Source: Candidatus Nanopelagicales bacterium
GTDB taxonomy: Bacteria > Actinomycetota > Actinomycetes > S36-B12
Direction of reading: 5' to 3'
Assembly (NCBI GenBank): GCA_036007925.1
Contig: DASYOJ010000119.1
Coordinates: 1 to 40,464 of the forward strand
DNA length: 40,464 bases
Both the position numbers and the translations under genes were made by a program. The number at the start of each line of letters is the position of its first letter. Position 1 is the stretch's first letter. The notes beneath the pieces were generated by a model. It had not been told where the DNA came from, did no database searches, and saw only the letters and a list, made by a program, of their open reading frames with translations. Positions 25,589 to 34,053 of this stretch are shown here, in pieces.

Positions 25589-27775
25589 GTGCCCTCAGCA
25601 GTTCAAACACCCATCATCATCGTGGCTGCGATCGCCACAATCGTCGCCTTCGCGCTCTTCTTCCGCACGCTCGCGGGGATGGTGCGCACCTACCGGGGCG
25701 GTCAGCCGGTGAGTCGCAGCGATAACCCAGGCCAGCGCACCGCCACCCTGCTGCGCGAAGTGCTCCTTGCCAGCCGCCTGAAGCAGCAGCCCGTCGGTGC
25801 GATCGTCGCCGGTGCGCACTGGATCGTGCTCGTCGCCTTCGGCGTCTTGTTCCTCACACTCATCACCGCGTACGGGCAGTTGCTCAACCCCGACTTCGCG
25901 CTGCCGATCATCGGTCACTTCCCACCCTTCAACTGGTTGGTCGAAGGTCTTGCGTGGTTGATGGTGATCTCGATCCTGTTCTTGATCATCACTCGTCTGC
26001 GTCAGCTGCCAAGCTCCCAGGGACGCAAGTCACGCTTCTTCGGTTCGACGATGTGGCAGGCCTACTACGTCGAGATCACCATCCTGCTCGTCGGTATCGC
26101 TGTCATCTCACTGCGCGCAATGGAATACGCGCTCGGTACCGAACAGGGCGAAACGTGGGCTACCGCCGCGAACTTCCCGTTCACCGCCTGGATCGGCTCG
26201 TCACTCACCGGGCTATCCATCAGTGCCCTCGAGACGGGCATCGTGATCATGGCGTTCGTCAAGATTGCGGTCTCTCTTGCGTGGCTGATCACCGTTGCTG
26301 TGCAACCGACTATGGGCGTTGCCTGGCACCGCTTCCTCGCGTTCTTCAACGTGTGGTTCCAGCGCAATGCCGACGGCAAGCCCGCACTGGGCCCGCTACT
26401 TCCCATCTCAATCAAGGGCGAACCAATCGATTTCGAGAACATTGACGATCTCGACGACGACGCCAGCTTGGGCGTCGGCACCATCGGGGATATGACGTGG
26501 AAAGCGTTGCTCGATGTCAACACCTGCACCGAATGCGGACGCTGCCAAAGCCAATGCCCGGCCTGGAACACCGAAAAGCCACTAAGCCCGAAACTTTTGA
26601 CCCTCGCGCTGCGCGAGCAATCCCATGCCGCCGCGCCGTGGTTGAAGGCGTCCGCCGATGCACGAGCAGACGTGCACGAAGACGTTCTCGGTATTGCCGA
26701 ACGGCAACTCATCGCCGAGGGTGAAGGCGATCCGTGGGCGCAGGCATCCGGCGGTGTGATGAGCCCGGACGTGTTGTGGAGTTGCACCACCTGCGGAGCC
26801 TGCGTTCAGCAGTGCCCGGTGGACATCGCGCATGTGGATCACATCGTGGACATGCGCCGCTATCAGGTATTGATGGCGAGCGAATTCCCCAACGAGCTCA
26901 ACGGTCTGTTCAAGAACATCGAAACCAAGGGCAACCCGTGGGGCATGAACTCCTCTGATCGCAATGCCTGGATCGAAGAGGTCGATTTCCCGGTCCGCGT
27001 TTTCGGCATGGAGGGCGAGGACGCCATCCCCGACGACGTCGAGTACCTGTTCTGGGTCGGCTGCGCCGGTGCCTACGAGGATCGCGCGAAGCAAACCACC
27101 AAGGCCGTTGCCGAGCTGTTGACCATGGCTGGCGTGGAATTCATGGTGCTCGGTGAAGGTGAGACGTGTAACGGTGATCCTGCACGCCGCGCCGGCAATG
27201 AGTTCCTCTTTCAGATGCAGGCGATGCAAAACGTGGAGGTGCTGAACGAGATCAAGTCCAAGCGGATCGTCGTCACCTGCCCGCACTGCCTGAACACCCT
27301 GGGACGGGAGTACCCACAGATGGGCGGCCACTACGAGGTGGTGCACCACACCGAACTGCTCAACAAACTCGTGGACGATGGCAAGCTCAAGACCGTTAAG
27401 CCGGTCGACCGCTCGGTCACTTACCACGATCCGTGCTACCTAGGACGCCACAACGACGTCATCACCCCGCCGCGCGAACTCATTGTCGATACCGGTGCAT
27501 CGCTCACCGAGATGCCCCGCCACGGCAAGCAATCGTTCTGCTGCGGTGCCGGTGGAGCGCGCATGTGGATGGAGGAGAAAATCGGAACGGCGGTCAACAA
27601 GACCCGTGCCGACGAAGCCATCGCCACCGGCGCGCAGACAGTTGCCGTCGCTTGCCCGTTCTGCTCGGTGATGATGAGCGATGCCGTCGCTTCCCGGCAG
27701 CAAGACGGTCAGGCCGAAGGGGTCGAGGTCACCGACATTGCACGGCTGATGTTGCAGGCGGCCAAGTCCGAGTAA
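25589..27775 (+). CDS. Membrane-anchored Fe-S oxidoreductase (HdrD/GlpC-like; mycobacterial Rv0338c-like)
   Basis: 728 aa. About 6 N-terminal TM helices, two 4Fe-4S motifs (CTECGRCQSQCP, CTTCGACVQQCP) and two Cys-rich CCG domains (CPHCLNTL, DPCYLGRH, FCCGAGG, CPFCSVM). GTG start. Confidence 0.88.
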   Translation: MPSAVQTPIIIVAAIATIVAFALFFRTLAGMVRTYRGGQPVSRSDNPGQRTATLLREVLLASRLKQQPVGAIVAGAHWIVLVAFGVLFLTLITAYGQLLNPDFALPIIGHFPPFNWLVEGLAWLMVISILFLIITRLRQLPSSQGRKSRFFGSTMWQAYYVEITILLVGIAVISLRAMEYALGTEQGETWATAANFPFTAWIGSSLTGLSISALETGIVIMAFVKIAVSLAWLITVAVQPTMGVAWHRFLAFFNVWFQRNADGKPALGPLLPISIKGEPIDFENIDDLDDDASLGVGTIGDMTWKALLDVNTCTECGRCQSQCPAWNTEKPLSPKLLTLALREQSHAAAPWLKASADARADVHEDVLGIAERQLIAEGEGDPWAQASGGVMSPDVLWSCTTCGACVQQCPVDIAHVDHIVDMRRYQVLMASEFPNELNGLFKNIETKGNPWGMNSSDRNAWIEEVDFPVRVFGMEGEDAIPDDVEYLFWVGCAGAYEDRAKQTTKAVAELLTMAGVEFMVLGEGETCNGDPARRAGNEFLFQMQAMQNVEVLNEIKSKRIVVTCPHCLNTLGREYPQMGGHYEVVHHTELLNKLVDDGKLKTVKPVDRSVTYHDPCYLGRHNDVITPPRELIVDTGASLTEMPRHGKQSFCCGAGGARMWMEEKIGTAVNKTRADEAIATGAQTVAVACPFCSVMMSDAVASRQQDGQAEGVEVTDIARLMLQAAKSE

Positions 27776-27782
27776 ATCGACT

Positions 27783-27801
27783 GGGATGCATATCGCATCC
27801 C
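27783..27801. terminator. Hairpin after the Fe-S gene, overlapping the toxin-antitoxin promoter region
   Basis: GGGATGC-atatc-GCATCCC, 8 nt after the TAA stop. It could act as a terminator and/or as the antitoxin operator. Confidence 0.45.
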
Positions 27802-27808
27802 ATCTTGG

Positions 27809-27814
27809 TATATT
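27809..27814 (+). promoter_or_regulatory. Candidate -10 hexamer TATATT for a leaderless antitoxin transcript
   Basis: TATATT ends 6 nt before the ATG at 27821, and there is no Shine-Dalgarno sequence between them. Confidence 0.4.
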
Positions 27815-27820
27815 TTGCTC

Positions 27821-28054
27821 ATGTCAACGCAGATTGCCGTCCGCCTGCCCGATCACATGGTTCACGAACTCGATCAACTCGTGGCCGACGGAACAGCACC
27901 GAGCCGAGCATCCGTCGTCGAAGAAGCTCTCCGCCGGGAACTGCGCCGCTACCTCGCCGAACGCGACCTGCGCATTTTGGAAGCAACCGGCGAGGACACC
28001 GACCTACTGGCGGCAACGGATTGGGCCATCAAGCACTTTTCGATGGACGACTAA
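27821..28054 (+). CDS. Ribbon-helix-helix (CopG/MazE-like) antitoxin
   Basis: MSTQIAVRLPDHMVHELDQLVADGTAPSRASVVEEALRRELR is an RHH signature. The TAATG overlap at 28052-28056 couples it to the toxin. Confidence 0.8.
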   Translation: MSTQIAVRLPDHMVHELDQLVADGTAPSRASVVEEALRRELRRYLAERDLRILEATGEDTDLLAATDWAIKHFSMDD

Positions 28055-28362
28055 TGCGCCCAATTCACATTGCTTTTCTCGACAAGCCGCGCCCGGTTGT
28101 AATTCTCACCCGTGAGTTGCTTGTCGGTCGCATGAAGAAGGTGACGATCGCGCCGATCACATCAAGAATTCGCGGTATCGCCACCGAGGTTGCAGTGGGT
28201 CCTGCCAACGGAATCGATCGAGCAAGCGTGATTTCATGCGACAACATCACGACTGTCGACTTCACGACTCTGGGCGACAAGGTTGGTCAGTTGCTACCGG
28301 CCCAAGAACACGAATTAGCCATGGCGATTTCAATCGCCTTCGATCTGGCCCGCGCGTCCTAG
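28054..28362 (+). CDS. PemK/MazF-family toxin endoribonuclease
   Basis: 102 aa. DKPRPVVILTRE ... VTIAPITSRIRGIATEV ... SVISCDNITTVD matches the MazF/PemK pattern. This is only the 3' end of the long ORF-track frame 27433-28362. Confidence 0.8.
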   Translation: MRPIHIAFLDKPRPVVILTRELLVGRMKKVTIAPITSRIRGIATEVAVGPANGIDRASVISCDNITTVDFTTLGDKVGQLLPAQEHELAMAISIAFDLARAS

Positions 28363-28366
28363 ATCC

Positions 28367-28942
28367 TCACACGTCGGTGCGGTGGAAATTCGCGAAGGAT
28401 CGCGACGGCGTGGGTCCACGCTGACCTTGATAGCGAGATCCGTACTTCTCCGACCCGTACGGGTGCTCCGCGGGTGAGGACAACCGGAACAGGCACAACT
28501 GGCCGATCTTCATGCCCGGGTAGAGCTTGATGGGCAACGTCGCGACGTTCGACAACTCGAGGGTCACATGGCCGGAGAACCCCGGGTCGATGAAACCTGC
28601 GGTCGAATGCGTGAGCAGACCGAGTCGGCCGAGTGAGGACTTGCCTTCGAGTCGGCCGGCAACGTCGTCAGGAAGCGAGACCACCTCGTACGTGGAACCG
28701 AGTACGAATTCACCGGGGTGCAGGATGAACGCCTCATCGCCTTCGGTCTCCAGCAGGCGGGTGAGGTCCTCTTGCTCGGTTGACGGATCGATGTGCGGGT
28801 ACTTGTGGTTCTCGAAGACCCGGAACCAACGATCCAAACGAACGTCGATGCTCGACGGCTGGATCATCGCTTCGTCGTACGGATCCATCTGGACACGTCC
28901 AGCGGAGATTTCAGCCTTAAGGTCGCGGTCGCTCAGCAGCAC
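28367..28942 (-). CDS. dcd: dCTP deaminase (dUMP-forming type in actinobacteria)
   Basis: 191 aa. LLSDRDLK...[11 protein letters not shown]...[11 protein letters not shown]...P......[28 protein letters not shown] start. Confidence 0.93.
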   Translation of the reverse strand: MLLSDRDLKAEISAGRVQMDPYDEAMIQPSSIDVRLDRWFRVFENHKYPHIDPSTEQEDLTRLLETEGDEAFILHPGEFVLGSTYEVVSLPDDVAGRLEGKSSLGRLGLLTHSTAGFIDPGFSGHVTLELSNVATLPIKLYPGMKIGQLCLFRLSSPAEHPYGSEKYGSRYQGQRGPTPSRSFANFHRTDV

Positions 28943-28951
28943 GGCGAAAGG

Positions 28952-29413
28952 CTAGCGGAGACCCTCGCCGTCGCCCTCCAAGATCGCAACATCGACCAAG
29001 TCCTGCGCGCGACCGCTCGCCCTCTTATTCGCCTTCAGGCCTTCACGTCCAATGAAGGGCACCTGCGTGCCATCCATCTCGATCTCAAGCCGGTCCTGCC
29101 AGCAGGTCTCGAAATCCACACCAGTAGGTGACGTCAATAGGTCGACTCTGTTGGGCGGATACCCCAACTGGATCACCATGTCGGACTGAGTGAAGTCCTC
29201 GACACTTAAGTCCAGCTCACCAAATCCGGACTCATCAAGGGCCTTCAACAGTGCACGGGCATTCGGCGATTCCGCCCAGACCCACACATCAAGATCTTTG
29301 GTCAAACGAGGGTGCCCATGGGCCGCGAGTGCCCAGCCACCAACAATCAGATACCTGACATCATTGCGAGCGAAGCACTCGAGCAACTCGTGGAAGTCTC
29401 GGCTCAGTTTCAC
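28952..29413 (-). CDS. Nucleotidyltransferase-fold protein (AbiEii/DUF6036-like)
   Basis: 153 aa. VRYLIVGGWALAAHGHPRLTKDLDVWV is a typical minimal NTase G-G...DxD core. GTG start. Confidence 0.7.
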   Translation of the reverse strand: MKLSRDFHELLECFARNDVRYLIVGGWALAAHGHPRLTKDLDVWVWAESPNARALLKALDESGFGELDLSVEDFTQSDMVIQLGYPPNRVDLLTSPTGVDFETCWQDRLEIEMDGTQVPFIGREGLKANKRASGRAQDLVDVAILEGDGEGLR

Positions 29414-29552
29414 GTGTCCACCCCTCCACCTCTCGACGAAGTTCGACTAGTGCCTGCAGCCGTTCCTCGACAGGTCGCGTGAGCCAATAATCGATGTCCA
29501 AATCTGGGACGTGCATGGACTTCTTGGTCACCACGCGCGAGATGGCATTCAC
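29361..29552 (-). CDS. Small partner protein of the NTase (putative antitoxin-like)
   Basis: 63 aa. DIDYWLTRPVEERLQALVELRREVEGW....RLPRVARVL resembles small proteins I recall upstream of such NTases. It overlaps the NTase gene by 53 nt. Confidence 0.45.
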   Translation of the reverse strand: MNAISRVVTKKSMHVPDLDIDYWLTRPVEERLQALVELRREVEGWTRETEPRLPRVARVLRSQ

Positions 29553-29589
29553 GGCTCAAGAGTACCCGCATTTTCGGGCACAAAGAGTG

Positions 29590-30279
29590 TCACTTCGAGC
29601 GCCGGTAGGCCCCTGGCGTCAGCCCGAGTACCGACCGGAACTGCCGGGTGAATGAGGCTTGGTCGTAGAAGCCGCATTCGGCGGAGATATCACCCATAGA
29701 CATCGACGTCGCCGTGATGAGTTGCACCGCGTGCTCCAAACGCAAGCGTTGCAAGAGCTTCTGCGGCGGAATACCGAGAGTTCGCCGGCACAGCCGCTCC
29801 AACTGCGGACTCGATAATCCAGCAACGTCGGCCATCTGCGCCACGCGCCAGCCAGCGTGAATGTCACGGCGGACCGCCGCGATCACTTGGGCTAGCCCGG
29901 CGTGCGCGCTATTCACCTGAGATTGCAGATCGATCGATAGCACCGCAACGCCAACGACATCCTCCTCGACGCGTAGCGCTGACTTATTCGTGACGTACCA
30001 ACCCAAGGAACCATCTGCTCGCACGATCAATTCCAACTGCCCGCGCAGCGGGGTTCCTGTGGCCAGAACTTCGGCATCTTGCGCGGCATAGGACGCAGCC
30101 ATCTCCGGTGCGAAGAGATCATCGACTCGTAGCCCGAGGATCTGCTCAGCCGGTAGGCCCACCCGATCGCAGAATCCGGCGTTCACGAACACGTACCTGC
30201 CGTCGGTGTCTTTGGCCGAGGCCATGACCTGGGGTATGCCTTCCACCAGTTCGGCAAAGACTCGCAAAGCCTCGATCAT
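29590..30279 (-). CDS. PAS-domain AraC/XylS-family transcriptional regulator
   Basis: 229 aa. N-terminal PAS-like region (DGRYVFVNAGFCDRVGLPAEQILG...) and C-terminal AraC HTH (LRLEHAVQLI...SMGDISAECGFYDQASFTRQFR). Divergent from putA. Confidence 0.85.
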   Translation of the reverse strand: MIEALRVFAELVEGIPQVMASAKDTDGRYVFVNAGFCDRVGLPAEQILGLRVDDLFAPEMAASYAAQDAEVLATGTPLRGQLELIVRADGSLGWYVTNKSALRVEEDVVGVAVLSIDLQSQVNSAHAGLAQVIAAVRRDIHAGWRVAQMADVAGLSSPQLERLCRRTLGIPPQKLLQRLRLEHAVQLITATSMSMGDISAECGFYDQASFTRQFRSVLGLTPGAYRRSK

Positions 30280-30386
30280 GGTGCCGCTCCCCAGGTAGCG
30301 CTAGGCTGAAGGAGGCTCGAAAGAGTTACCTCGTGTTGATGGTGATGGTGATGTAACCCATGTCCCCACGACAACGAGAAGGTGTG

Positions 30387-30554
30387 ATGAACGAACCATC
30401 GAAAGATCAATCCAGACCCCGGCAGTTCGACTATCAAGAACGCTGGCATGGCTGGGGATCACCCGTCGGCCTGGGCATCTTCGCCCTGGCCATCAGTGGC
30501 TCCTTGTTCCTGCTTGCTGCCGGGCTCGGTCTGTTCCTCGTCGGAATCGACTAG
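30387..30554 (+). CDS. Small (55 aa) single-pass membrane protein, hypothetical
   Basis: ATG preceded by GAAGG. C-terminal hydrophobic helix VGLGIFALAISGSLFLLAAGLGLFLVG. An alternative ATG lies at 30360. Confidence 0.35.
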   Translation: MNEPSKDQSRPRQFDYQERWHGWGSPVGLGIFALAISGSLFLLAAGLGLFLVGID

Positions 30555-30559
30555 TCGCA

Positions 30560-30593
30560 GGTGTGCGGTGGGGCCCACGCCCCGCCGCACACC
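30560..30593 (+). promoter_or_regulatory. 15-bp-stem hairpin in the putA upstream/leader region
   Basis: GGTGTGCGGTGGGGC-ccac-GCCCCGCCGCACACC (14 Watson-Crick pairs plus 1 G-U). It starts 6 nt after the small-ORF stop and has no U-tract. Confidence 0.5.
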
Positions 30594-30647
30594 GGGCACC
30601 TTCCGGATCGGCAGGCTTTGTATTAATTCGACAGCCACGGGGCCACT

Positions 30648-33600
30648 GTGGCACAAGACAGCCAAGCGTGGGCCCAGCAGCATCGGGCTATGAGCGCTCC
30701 GAGCATCGACCGCCCCGCTTCCACCCCGAAATTGCCTTCCGATGAGGTCCTCATCGTCAAGGCGCAGGCCCGTGCCCTGGCCCTACTCGAGGCTTCGCTT
30801 GCCGATACTTCACGCGCCGAGGCCTCGTCCTCGAAGCGGCTAGCGCGGCTGCTCGCCGACGATGCCGGACGCGACCTGCTGCTCGACCTCACCGACCAGG
30901 TACTGCGCATCCGCGACCGCAAACGAGCCGCCGAGCGTTTGCACGATCTCACCGCCGGTGGAGTGCCCGCCTCCCTCGGCGGCATCGATCGCCTCGGGTT
31001 GGCAACCCTCGGCAAAGTTGCACCCGCTATGCCCTGGGTGAGCGAACAGGCCGTTGACTGGCGTATCGGTAAGGACACCGCCGACGTCATCCTCGCCGCG
31101 GAGGAGCCGACCTTCACCAAGTACGTCGATCGGCGCACCGGTGAGGGTTTTCGCATCAACCTGAACATCCTGGGCGAAGCAATCCTCGGCAACGACGAAG
31201 CTGAGGCCCGCGCCGCGAAGGTTCTCGGACGCATCCGTCGCCCGGATGTGGACTACGTCTCGGTGAAGATCTCGGCAATCTGCGCGAACCTGGATGTCCT
31301 CGCTGAGGCTGATTCCCTCGCTCGCATCGAAACCCAACTCATCGAGTTGTACCGCGCCGCGCGTGATTCACAGCCGCGCACTTTCGTGAACTTGGACATG
31401 GAGGAATACCGGGATCTCGAACTGAGTTTGCGTTCCTTCATGGATGTTCTCGATCGCGAGGAGTTCGACGATCTGGAAGCCGGCATCGTGTTGCAGGCGT
31501 ACATTCCCGACTCCCGCGCGGCATTGGAGACCTTGGTCAACTGGGCGAACGCTCGTTACGCGCGCACCGGAACCGGGATCAAGATCCGTTTGGTCAAGGG
31601 TGCCAACCTCGCGATGGAAGCGGTCGAAGCCGAACTGCACGACTGGCAGTGCGCGCCCTATCCGACAAAGGCCGATGTCGATGCGAACTACAAGGCAATG
31701 CTCGATTACGCCCTCACCGAAGCCACACCCGGTGCGCTGCGCATCGGAGTTGCCAGCCACAATCTGTTCGAGGTTGCGTGGGCGCTGACCTTGCGCGATG
31801 AGCTCGGTGCGCATGACCGAATCGAGATCGAGATGCTCGAAGGCATGGCCCCACCGCAATCGCGAGCAGTTCGTAACGACGCCGGCAACCTGCTGCTGTA
31901 CTCGCCGATCGTCGAGGCGTCCGAGCGCGATGCGTCGATCGCCTACCTTTCCCGCCGGCTCGATGAGAACTCCTCACCGGAGAACTTCTTGCGCGCGCTG
32001 TTCGACATCACGCCCGGCAGCCCGCAGTGGGACGAACAAGCCGAGCGCTTTCGAGCCTCGGTCGCTCAGCGCCACTCGATCACCGACCAAAGTCGGCGTA
32101 ACCAGAACCGCAACGCACCCGTGGAGCGTTTTCCGGTCGATGGTTCCTTCCACAACGTGCCCGATACCGACTTCACCGTCGCCGCCAACCGCGAGTGGCT
32201 GCAACGCCACCTGGACAACTACATATCCACCCCGCCGGCGCTCGTGGAATCCATCGAGGAGGTCGACACCGCGATCGCCCGCGCTAAGCGAGCGCAGGAA
32301 GAGTGGGCCCGCACGAGTTGGGCGGCCCGACGGGTGGTCCTCGCCCAGGTCGCCGAGACGCTCGAGGAGCGTCGCGGCGAAGCCATCGCCGCCGAAGCCC
32401 ACGTGATGGGCAAGACGGTCCGCGAGTCCGATCCGGAAATCAGCGAGGGCATCGACTTCGTGCAATACGCCGCGCGCTTGACCGTGGCCCATGAGCAATA
32501 CGAGAAGCAAGGCCTGTCCTGGCAGCCGCACCCGGTGACGGTCGTTGCCGGGCCGTGGAACTTCCCCTACGCGATCCCGCTCAGCGGATTGGTGCACGCG
32601 ATCGCCGCTGGCGGCGCCGCGATCCTCAAGCCGGCACCCGAAGCCCGCGAAGTAGGTGCGCTTCTGGTCGATTCGCTCCACCAAGCCGGTGTTCCCGAGG
32701 ACCTCGTCCAACTCGCCTGCACCCCGGACAACGAGGTCGGTCAGCGGCTCATCACGCACGAGGACGTCGATCTGGTGATGCTCACCGGTTCCCTGGAAAC
32801 GGCCGATCTGTTCACGTCCTGGAAGCCGGACATCCGGATGAACGCTGAAACCAGCGGCAAGAACGCGATGGTCATCACTGCCGCCGCCGATATCGATCAG
32901 TCGATCAAGGACCTGGTGAAGAGCGCATTCGGTCACGCCGGTCAGAAATGCTCGGCCGCGAGCCTGGCGATCATCGAAGCCAGCGTCTACGACGATCCGA
33001 CCTTCCACATCCGCCTCGCCGATGCAGTACGCAGCTTGAAGGTGGGTCCTGCCACCGATTTGTCGACGATCATGGGTCCGCTCATCGCACCACCGCGCGG
33101 ACCACTGCAGCGCGCACTCACCTCCCTCGAACCAGGTGAAAGCTGGCTCGTCGAGCCCACGCAGATCGACGAAACAACGTGGACCCCCGGCGTTCGCAAA
33201 GATGTGCGACCGGGTTCTTGGTTTCACTTGACCGAATGCTTCGGCCCAGTCCTCGGGTTGATGCGCGCGGACAACCTCGCGCACGCGGTCGAACTGCAAA
33301 ACGCACCCATCTACGGGCTTACCGGTGGCATTCAGTCACTCGACCCGAAGGAAATCGACTACTGGCGCGAGCACGTGCAGTGCGGCAACGCCTACATCAA
33401 CCGACACATCACCGGCGCGATTGTGCGGCGCCAACCGTTCGGGGGGTGGAAGCGCAGCTCGGTCGGTGCGGGCACCAAGCCCGGCGGCCCCGATCACCTC
33501 AACTCCTATGGAAGTTGGACGCGAACGGGCAATATTTCAACGCCGAACGGGCAGTCTGAGAACGCGAACGGGCAGTCTGGGAACGCGAACGGGCAGTTTC

Positions 33601-34049
33601 TTGACACCGAAAGGGCAATCGCCGACTACCGCAGTGCGTGGAGTTCGTACTTCGCCCTCGAACACGACCCCACCGGCCTGGCCTGTGAGAGCAACGTGTT
33701 GCGCTATCGACCGCTGGATTTGGTCATCGCGCGCGTGGCTTCCATGGACGGCGACGACGTCACCTTGCTCAAAGCAGCATCGCAAGTGACCGGGACCCCC
33801 ATCGAATTCAGCACCCCGGACACGGAGTCCGATGCAGCTCTTGCAGCTCGTTTGTCGTGTCTGGCAGGAGACATCCGCTTGCGCTTGCTGACACCCACCA
33901 ACGACGACGTCCTGCGCGCCGCGCACACCGCGGGTGTAACCATCGACGATGCTTCCCTCACCGGGCTCGGTCGCATCGATGTACTGCGCCTACTGAAGGA
34001 GCAGGCGATCTCGCAGACGCTGCACCGCTACGGACGGCTCACGCGATAA
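30648..34049 (+). CDS. putA: Bifunctional proline dehydrogenase / L-glutamate-gamma-semialdehyde (P5C) dehydrogenase PutA
   Basis: 1133 aa from the GTG at 30648 (alternative ATG at 30690, MSAPSIDRP). It has a PRODH barrel, then an ALDH domain (GKNAMVITAAAD, catalytic GQKCSAAS), then a C-terminal ALDH-like domain. There is no N-terminal RHH domain. Confidence 0.93.
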   Translation: MAQDSQAWAQQHRAMSAPSIDRPASTPKLPSDEVLIVKAQARALALLEASLADTSRAEASSSKRLARLLADDAGRDLLLDLTDQVLRIRDRKRAAERLHDLTAGGVPASLGGIDRLGLATLGKVAPAMPWVSEQAVDWRIGKDTADVILAAEEPTFTKYVDRRTGEGFRINLNILGEAILGNDEAEARAAKVLGRIRRPDVDYVSVKISAICANLDVLAEADSLARIETQLIELYRAARDSQPRTFVNLDMEEYRDLELSLRSFMDVLDREEFDDLEAGIVLQAYIPDSRAALETLVNWANARYARTGTGIKIRLVKGANLAMEAVEAELHDWQCAPYPTKADVDANYKAMLDYALTEATPGALRIGVASHNLFEVAWALTLRDELGAHDRIEIEMLEGMAPPQSRAVRNDAGNLLLYSPIVEASERDASIAYLSRRLDENSSPENFLRALFDITPGSPQWDEQAERFRASVAQRHSITDQSRRNQNRNAPVERFPVDGSFHNVPDTDFTVAANREWLQRHLDNYISTPPALVESIEEVDTAIARAKRAQEEWARTSWAARRVVLAQVAETLEERRGEAIAAEAHVMGKTVRESDPEISEGIDFVQYAARLTVAHEQYEKQGLSWQPHPVTVVAGPWNFPYAIPLSGLVHAIAAGGAAILKPAPEAREVGALLVDSLHQAGVPEDLVQLACTPDNEVGQRLITHEDVDLVMLTGSLETADLFTSWKPDIRMNAETSGKNAMVITAAADIDQSIKDLVKSAFGHAGQKCSAASLAIIEASVYDDPTFHIRLADAVRSLKVGPATDLSTIMGPLIAPPRGPLQRALTSLEPGESWLVEPTQIDETTWTPGVRKDVRPGSWFHLTECFGPVLGLMRADNLAHAVELQNAPIYGLTGGIQSLDPKEIDYWREHVQCGNAYINRHITGAIVRRQPFGGWKRSSVGAGTKPGGPDHLNSYGSWTRTGNISTPNGQSENANGQSGNANGQFLDTERAIADYRSAWSSYFALEHDPTGLACESNVLRYRPLDLVIARVASMDGDDVTLLKAASQVTGTPIEFSTPDTESDAALAARLSCLAGDIRLRLLTPTNDDVLRAAHTAGVTIDDASLTGLGRIDVLRLLKEQAISQTLHRYGRLTR
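33546..33599 (+). repeat. In-frame 21-bp tandem repeat (about 2.6 copies) inside putA
   Basis: aacgggcagtctgRgaacgcg starts at 33546, 33567 and 33588. It encodes NGQSENA-NGQSGNA-NGQF in the linker before the C-terminal domain. Confidence 0.9.
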
Positions 34050-34053
34050 GGCT

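Noticed and set aside
27433-28053. The upstream 207 codons of the 309-aa frame 27433-28362.
   Set aside because: This part overlaps the 3' end of the Fe-S gene and the antitoxin gene, and it is Arg/Pro-rich nonsense. Only the last 102 codons (from the ATG at 28054) look like a MazF/PemK toxin.
30339-30356. Mini-ORF ATG GTG ATG GTG ATG TAA (MVMVM) formed by the GATGGT micro-repeat in the araC-putA intergenic region.
   Set aside because: The nearest GGAGG is about 24 nt upstream, which is too far. Five codons arising from a simple repeat are readily explained by chance. It is kept only as context in the putA-leader finding.
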